64,000 nt of DNA from Thermodesulfobacteriota bacterium (GTDB lineage: Bacteria > Desulfobacterota > Desulfarculia > JACQYL01). The notes under the pieces are model-generated. The model saw only the letters and a program-made list of their open reading frames with translations, ran no database searches and had not been told where the DNA came from. Location of the stretch: positions 96,001 to 160,000 of the forward strand of contig CAXXLZ010000003.1 in NCBI GenBank assembly GCA_963675595.2. Direction: 5' to 3'. Below, piece after piece: positions 59,493 to 64,000 of this stretch. The position numbers were made by a program, and so were the translations under genes. The stretch's first letter is position 1. Each line of letters begins with the position of its first letter.

Positions 59493-60605
59493 ATGGATGA
59501 AACGCTCGGAAAAGAACTCTGCAACAATCTGAATAACCGAGGGGGAGCGGTTCTCGCGTTTCCCGGTCCCGAATTGTTCGAACTGCTGGACGAACTCTTC
59601 ACCGTTGAGGAAGCCGAAGTGGCGGCCAAAATGCCCCCGGCGGCCATATCCGCCGAGGACTTGGCCGAAAGGCTTTCCAAGACTGCCGACGTCCTTGTTC
59701 CCATCCTGGAATCCATGACGGATAAAGGGACGGTTCTGGATCGGGAAAAGGACGGCGTAACCCTATACAAACTGCTGCCGCTCTTGCCCGGAATCTTTGA
59801 GTTCCAGTTCATGGGAGGCAAAGATACCGAGCGGCACCGAAGGCTGGCCCGGCTGTTCAAGGAGTATATCACCCTGGCCGAGGTCAAAATGCGCAAGACC
59901 GTGCCCGTCCCCAAAGACATGACGGCGTTTTCGCGTGTGATTCCAATCGAACGATCCATCGACGCCGGTCCTCGAATCTACACGTTTCACCAACTTTCCA
60001 AGTACATTGAGGAAGCCGAGGCCGTTTCCGTCGGACACTGCTATTGCCGCCATCAGGCTTATCTGTTGGGAGAAGAACCGTGCGAAGCTCCCAGGGAAAG
60101 TTGTTTCAGCTTCGGTCCCGGAGCGAAATACATATCCAAGCACGGACTCGGAAGACTGGTGAGCAAAGAAGAGGCTCTGGCCATCCTGGAGAAATGCGAG
60201 GAGAGCGGCCTGATTCACCTCACTTCCAATACATCGAATTTTCTCGAGTATTTGTGTAATTGCTGTGCGTGTCACTGCGATTCGCTGAAGAAGATCAAAG
60301 AGCAGGGATTGAGGTTCTACGGGGCCACGTCGGGTTTGTATCCCGAAACGGATCCCGATAAGTGCATCGGGTGTGGAACGTGTGAGGAGCATTGCCAAAT
60401 GGACGCCGTTACGGTGAACGACGAAGGAACGGCCGAAATTGATCGTAATATGTGCCTGGGCTGCGGCGCGTGCGCCTATCTTTGCCCCTCGGACGCGCTC
60501 GTCATGCGCTCCGCGGACGACATACGGGAACCGCCCAAAACCGCCAAGGACCTGCGTGCATCCGTTCTAAAAGACTTGCAGCGAGGTGCGGCCGAAGCCC
60601 GGTAG
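59493..60605 (+). CDS. 4Fe-4S ferredoxin-domain protein with N-terminal HTH-like region
   Basis: CYCR, CNCCACHC, CIGCGTCEEHC, CLGCGACAYLCP; RBS aggag. Confidence 0.85.
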   Translation: MDETLGKELCNNLNNRGGAVLAFPGPELFELLDELFTVEEAEVAAKMPPAAISAEDLAERLSKTADVLVPILESMTDKGTVLDREKDGVTLYKLLPLLPGIFEFQFMGGKDTERHRRLARLFKEYITLAEVKMRKTVPVPKDMTAFSRVIPIERSIDAGPRIYTFHQLSKYIEEAEAVSVGHCYCRHQAYLLGEEPCEAPRESCFSFGPGAKYISKHGLGRLVSKEEALAILEKCEESGLIHLTSNTSNFLEYLCNCCACHCDSLKKIKEQGLRFYGATSGLYPETDPDKCIGCGTCEEHCQMDAVTVNDEGTAEIDRNMCLGCGACAYLCPSDALVMRSADDIREPPKTAKDLRASVLKDLQRGAAEAR

Positions 60606-60909
60606 AAGGACGACCTGTCGGGAGTGGTTGCCTCGCCGGATAACAGAGTGCGGGGCACTGGGCGTCACGACTGAGGCGTGTCCCTCGAACTCAAATCAAG
60701 GACCTTTGGTGTTGACGGCCGCCGTCGGCGGAAGAATGGAAGGGAGGCGTAGGCGCCGAACGAAAAGCAAATGAGCCGAATCGGACGTAGCCGGGCCTTT
60801 CTCAAGAAGTGATGCGGCTTTCAATATTTTCTTATCGCTTCCGTGCTTCACTGCAGGTGCCTGTACTTGAGGCCGAAGCCGGCCTGTTGCCATAGGAGGA
60901 ATTCACGAG

Positions 60910-62250
60910 ATGCGACAGGGACCAAGTTCGGAATACTGCGCCGTCGAGACCGTGCTGGTCGAATGGCGCAATACGACCGTCATCACCGTCCTACGCGTAA
61001 GCGCCATTATCTACCTTCCGGCAGTTGTTCTCCTGATTTCGGGAATGGGCCCTCAGGTCGGATGGCCGGTGCGACTCGCGGCAACAGGGTTCTACCTTAT
61101 GCTTCTGGTCTTTGTACTCGTGCGCCGGATCGGTTTCCGGACACGAGCATGGGTGATCCTGGCGTGCGGGTATGCACTGGCCGTGGTCATGGGCATCACC
61201 ATTCCCCACGGCCCGTTTGCCCGCACATTGCCGGTCGTGATGCCCATTTTCACCATTGTGCTGCTCGGTCCGCGGGAGGGGTGGGCCGCGGCCGCGCTCA
61301 GCACCTTCCTCATCCTTGTTTTTCCGTTTCTTCACACCACCGGCGGCTTGCCGTCTATGCGGGCCGGCTACACGGGAACTCCGATCACCATGGGCATGGC
61401 CTGGACACAGGCGGCGGCGATGTTGTCGTTGTTGTTCGCTCCAATGATCCTGCTGAACCGGTTTCTACGGTTCCTAATGCAGTCCCTGGAGAAGCTCAAG
61501 CAAGAGGCTGGTGAGCGGGTGGACGCGTACCGCAAACTGGAACATGAGATGCTGGAGAGGCGGCGCCTGGAAAACGAGGTGATCCGCATCGGCGACGAGG
61601 AGAGAGACCGCTTGGGGCGGGAAATCCACGACGGGGTTTGCCAGCAGCTCACGGGCGCGCTGCTGCGCTCCGAGGCGTTGGCGCGTCGGCTGAGCCGGGG
61701 TGAGACATTGGCGGTCGAAGATCTGTCCCAGCTCTCCTCTCTGATCGAGGAAACCATTGACGAAGCGCACGCTGTGGCCCAGGGGCTCTGTTCGCTGCAT
61801 CCGGAGCCCGATGCACTTGCCGGGGCGCTGCAGACCCTGGCCAAGCGGGCTTCGGAAGCATCGGGCATAACCTGCCTCTTCGAAGCCGAGGGCGATGTGA
61901 GTGTGTCCGAATCCACAACCGCGCAGCACCTCTACAGGATTGCTCAAGAGGCGGTGAGCAACGCGGAGCGGCACGCACACGCCGGTCGCATCTCCATGGT
62001 CTTGCGAGGGGACGAGGAAGGGCTGTTCTTTATCGTGGAAGACGACGGCGTTGGGGTGCCCGACGGAATTTCGTCGGTAGGCATGGGCTTCCGTACAATG
62101 GCCTACCGGGCGAGCCTGTTGGAAGGTGAACTGGAGGTGGCGCAGGGGCCTTCAGGAGGAACGCGTGTGTCCTGCCGAATCCCGCGCGGCAAACTCGCCC
62201 GGCCGGAGAGGCGGAAACAAGCCATCAGGGAGGTGAACCATGGATTCTGA
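60910..62250 (+). CDS. Membrane sensor histidine kinase (HisKA_3, NarX/UhpB type)
   Basis: Several TMs; ERDRLGREIHDGVCQQL, YRIAQEAVSNA, EDDGVG, GMG. Confidence 0.88.
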   Translation: MRQGPSSEYCAVETVLVEWRNTTVITVLRVSAIIYLPAVVLLISGMGPQVGWPVRLAATGFYLMLLVFVLVRRIGFRTRAWVILACGYALAVVMGITIPHGPFARTLPVVMPIFTIVLLGPREGWAAAALSTFLILVFPFLHTTGGLPSMRAGYTGTPITMGMAWTQAAAMLSLLFAPMILLNRFLRFLMQSLEKLKQEAGERVDAYRKLEHEMLERRRLENEVIRIGDEERDRLGREIHDGVCQQLTGALLRSEALARRLSRGETLAVEDLSQLSSLIEETIDEAHAVAQGLCSLHPEPDALAGALQTLAKRASEASGITCLFEAEGDVSVSESTTAQHLYRIAQEAVSNAERHAHAGRISMVLRGDEEGLFFIVEDDGVGVPDGISSVGMGFRTMAYRASLLEGELEVAQGPSGGTRVSCRIPRGKLARPERRKQAIREVNHGF

Positions 62251-62899
62251 AGGATCGAGTCGTCCGAAGTTCTTCCGCGTGCTGGTTGTAGACGACCATC
62301 CCGCGGTTCGCCAAGGTCTGGGGCTGCTGCTGGAGACGGAAGGCATCACGGTTTGCGCGGAAGCGGACGGTTGCGCCGAAGCGTTGGCCTGTGCGGTGAA
62401 AAATCGGCCGGACGTGGTCCTGGTTGACCTCTCTCTGGGTGACGAGGACGGTTTCGACCTTTTGTCGCACCTGCGGGAGCAAGGTCTGCCGGCCCTGGTC
62501 TACTCCATGCATGAGGACGGAAGGCGGGTGGCCAAGGCCTTTGCGTCCGGAGCTCTCGGATACGTGACGAAGCGGGAGGTCCAGGGGGTGCTCGCGGAGG
62601 CGATTCGAGAAGTGGCCTCGGGACGCCGCTTTGTTAGTCCCAGGGCGGCCGTCGCACTGGCGGAGCACGCCGTCCGGGGACAAGCGGACGCGGCCTATGA
62701 AGAGTTGAGTTACCAGGAAAAGCAGGTCTATCGCCTCTTGGGGGAGGGCGAAACCACCAAGCAGATCGCTGCTGCAATGAACATCAGTACCCGTACGGTT
62801 GAATCCTACTACGCCCGGATTATGGTGAAACTGAACTTGGAAGGCACACGCGAACTCAGGCGCCACGCCATCAATTACCTCCACAACCGCACACCTTGA
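62240..62899 (+). CDS. NarL/LuxR family response regulator
   Basis: VVDDHP, VDLSL, GYVTK, HTH TKQIAAAMNISTRTVESY. Confidence 0.9.
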   Translation: MDSEGSSRPKFFRVLVVDDHPAVRQGLGLLLETEGITVCAEADGCAEALACAVKNRPDVVLVDLSLGDEDGFDLLSHLREQGLPALVYSMHEDGRRVAKAFASGALGYVTKREVQGVLAEAIREVASGRRFVSPRAAVALAEHAVRGQADAAYEELSYQEKQVYRLLGEGETTKQIAAAMNISTRTVESYYARIMVKLNLEGTRELRRHAINYLHNRTP

Positions 62900-62920
62900 T
62901 TTTCATACCCTTTCCTTGAG

Positions 62921-63007
62921 GGGGAATTCGCCTACAAGCGCGTGGGGGTTTTCTCGCGCAGATACGTAAGTGGTTCCCACTGCATACAAGATTGCCGCTC
63001 CTTGTTA
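62921..63007. repeat. ~87-bp intergenic repeat, copy 1 (putative operator/promoter)
   Basis: ggggaattcgcctacaagcgcgtggggg...gcatacaag...tgtta; homologous to 63836-63922. Confidence 0.7.
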
Positions 63008-63159
63008 TCGTTCACATGATGGCGTCGGCATCTCCTGCACCGCCGACTGAGCCTGGAGGGGACCAAACACCCTTCAGAACCGGCGGAAGGAACACGTGTG
63101 CCTGCACGATGTTGCGATTTAGACCGGCCGGACAGACTGAGACATTGAAGAGGCGAACA

Positions 63160-63810
63160 ATGGATACGCAACGACTCACAGGTATGAAACCTCTCCGCGT
63201 CCTGATCCTGGATGACCATCCTGCGGTTCGCCAAGGCCTGGAATTGCTGTTGGAAACGGAGGGCATCAAGGTTTGCGCGGAGGCGGGCGGATACGCCGAG
63301 GTTCTATCCCGGGTGTCCGATCATCAACCGGATGTGGTGCTGGTGGACCTTTCGCTGAGCGGTAAAGACTGTTTTGCCTTTCTCAGGGACCTGCATAGGC
63401 TCGCTTTGCCGTTCCTGGTCTACTCCATGCACGAGGAGGGCAGGTGGGTGTCGGGGGCCTTTGCGGCCGGAGCACTGGGATACGTCACGAAGCGGGAGGT
63501 CCACGGAGTGCTTGCCGAGGCGATACGACAAGTAGCCATAGGCCGCCGGTTCGTCAGCCCCAGGGCGGCAATTGCACTGGCGGAACAGGCCGCCTGCGGA
63601 CAAACGAACGCGGCATTAGAGGAGTTGAACCGATAGGAGTCGAGATCTACCGATTTCCGGGCCATAGCACAGCCACCAAGCGGATCCTCGCCGCTACCAA
63701 CTTCAGTGTACCTACGGTTGCATCCCACCACGCCGGATTTCCGGTGAAACCGGGTTAGGAGGGCGTGAGTGAACTCTTTCGCCACGCCGTTCACTGCCTG
63801 CACCACGTAA
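63160..63810 (+). pseudogene. Tandem paralog of the LuxR regulator: intact receiver, degenerate HTH
   Basis: Receiver nearly collinear with 62240-62899; stop at 63634-63636; shifted frame continues EIYRFPG..TKRILAATNFSVPTVASH..VKPG*EGVSELFRHAV. Confidence 0.75.
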
Positions 63811-63835
63811 AAACAACGATTGCCACTCGCGTGAC

Positions 63836-63922
63836 GGGGAATTCCTCTACACGCGCGTGGGGGCCCTCTCCCGCAAACATGTAGGTAGTTCCCTTTGCAT
63901 ACAAAGCGGCTGCTCCCTGTTA
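63836..63922. repeat. ~87-bp intergenic repeat, copy 2
   Basis: ggggaattcctctacacgcgcgtggggg...gcatacaaa...tgtta. Confidence 0.7.
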
Positions 63923-64000
63923 GGGTGCCAATGGTAGGACTTTCGCCCTGAGGGTTACCGGGCGAGGCTGCTGAAGGGGGAACTTACCGTGGAGGGAGGC

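Overview
Window from a GC-rich bacterium whose gene content and intergenic repeats suggest Desulfobacterota (deltaproteobacteria); this taxonomy is inferred. The core (~8.7-47.6 kb, mostly minus strand) is a PEP-CTERM/exosortase-associated Wzx/Wzy exopolysaccharide locus: prsT-prsK-prsR, polysaccharide deacetylase, CAAX protease, ExeA-like ATPase, a split priming sugar transferase, Wzc-like chain-length protein and tyrosine kinase, FemAB-like, DegT-like, exosortase and EpsI. These are followed by a variable, partly AT-rich cassette with GT2/GT4 enzymes, three sulfotransferase-like genes, an ATP-grasp enzyme, a flippase, a ligase/polymerase, an LMW-PTP and VanZ. A decayed IS1-family element (26564-27750) sits exactly between a 5' remnant of one ligase gene and a 3' remnant of a second epsI, so the locus looks like a chimera of two paralogous EPS clusters. 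The left flank holds a >990-aa TPR/B12/radical-SAM protein coupled to a ChlI/MoxR-type AAA+ ATPase, a degenerate PIG-L/NodS fusion, an MBL hydrolase, a DUF2284 protein and many palindromic repeats. The right flank holds PilZ, lpxC-DUF4390-ntrY-ntrX with a sigma-54 promoter architecture, an EndoQ-like protein, a TPR protein, mltA, a 4Fe-4S protein and a HisKA_3/LuxR pair with a decayed tandem duplicate. No rRNA, tRNA or CRISPR array was recognised. All family assignments come from motif recognition by eye, not from database searches.
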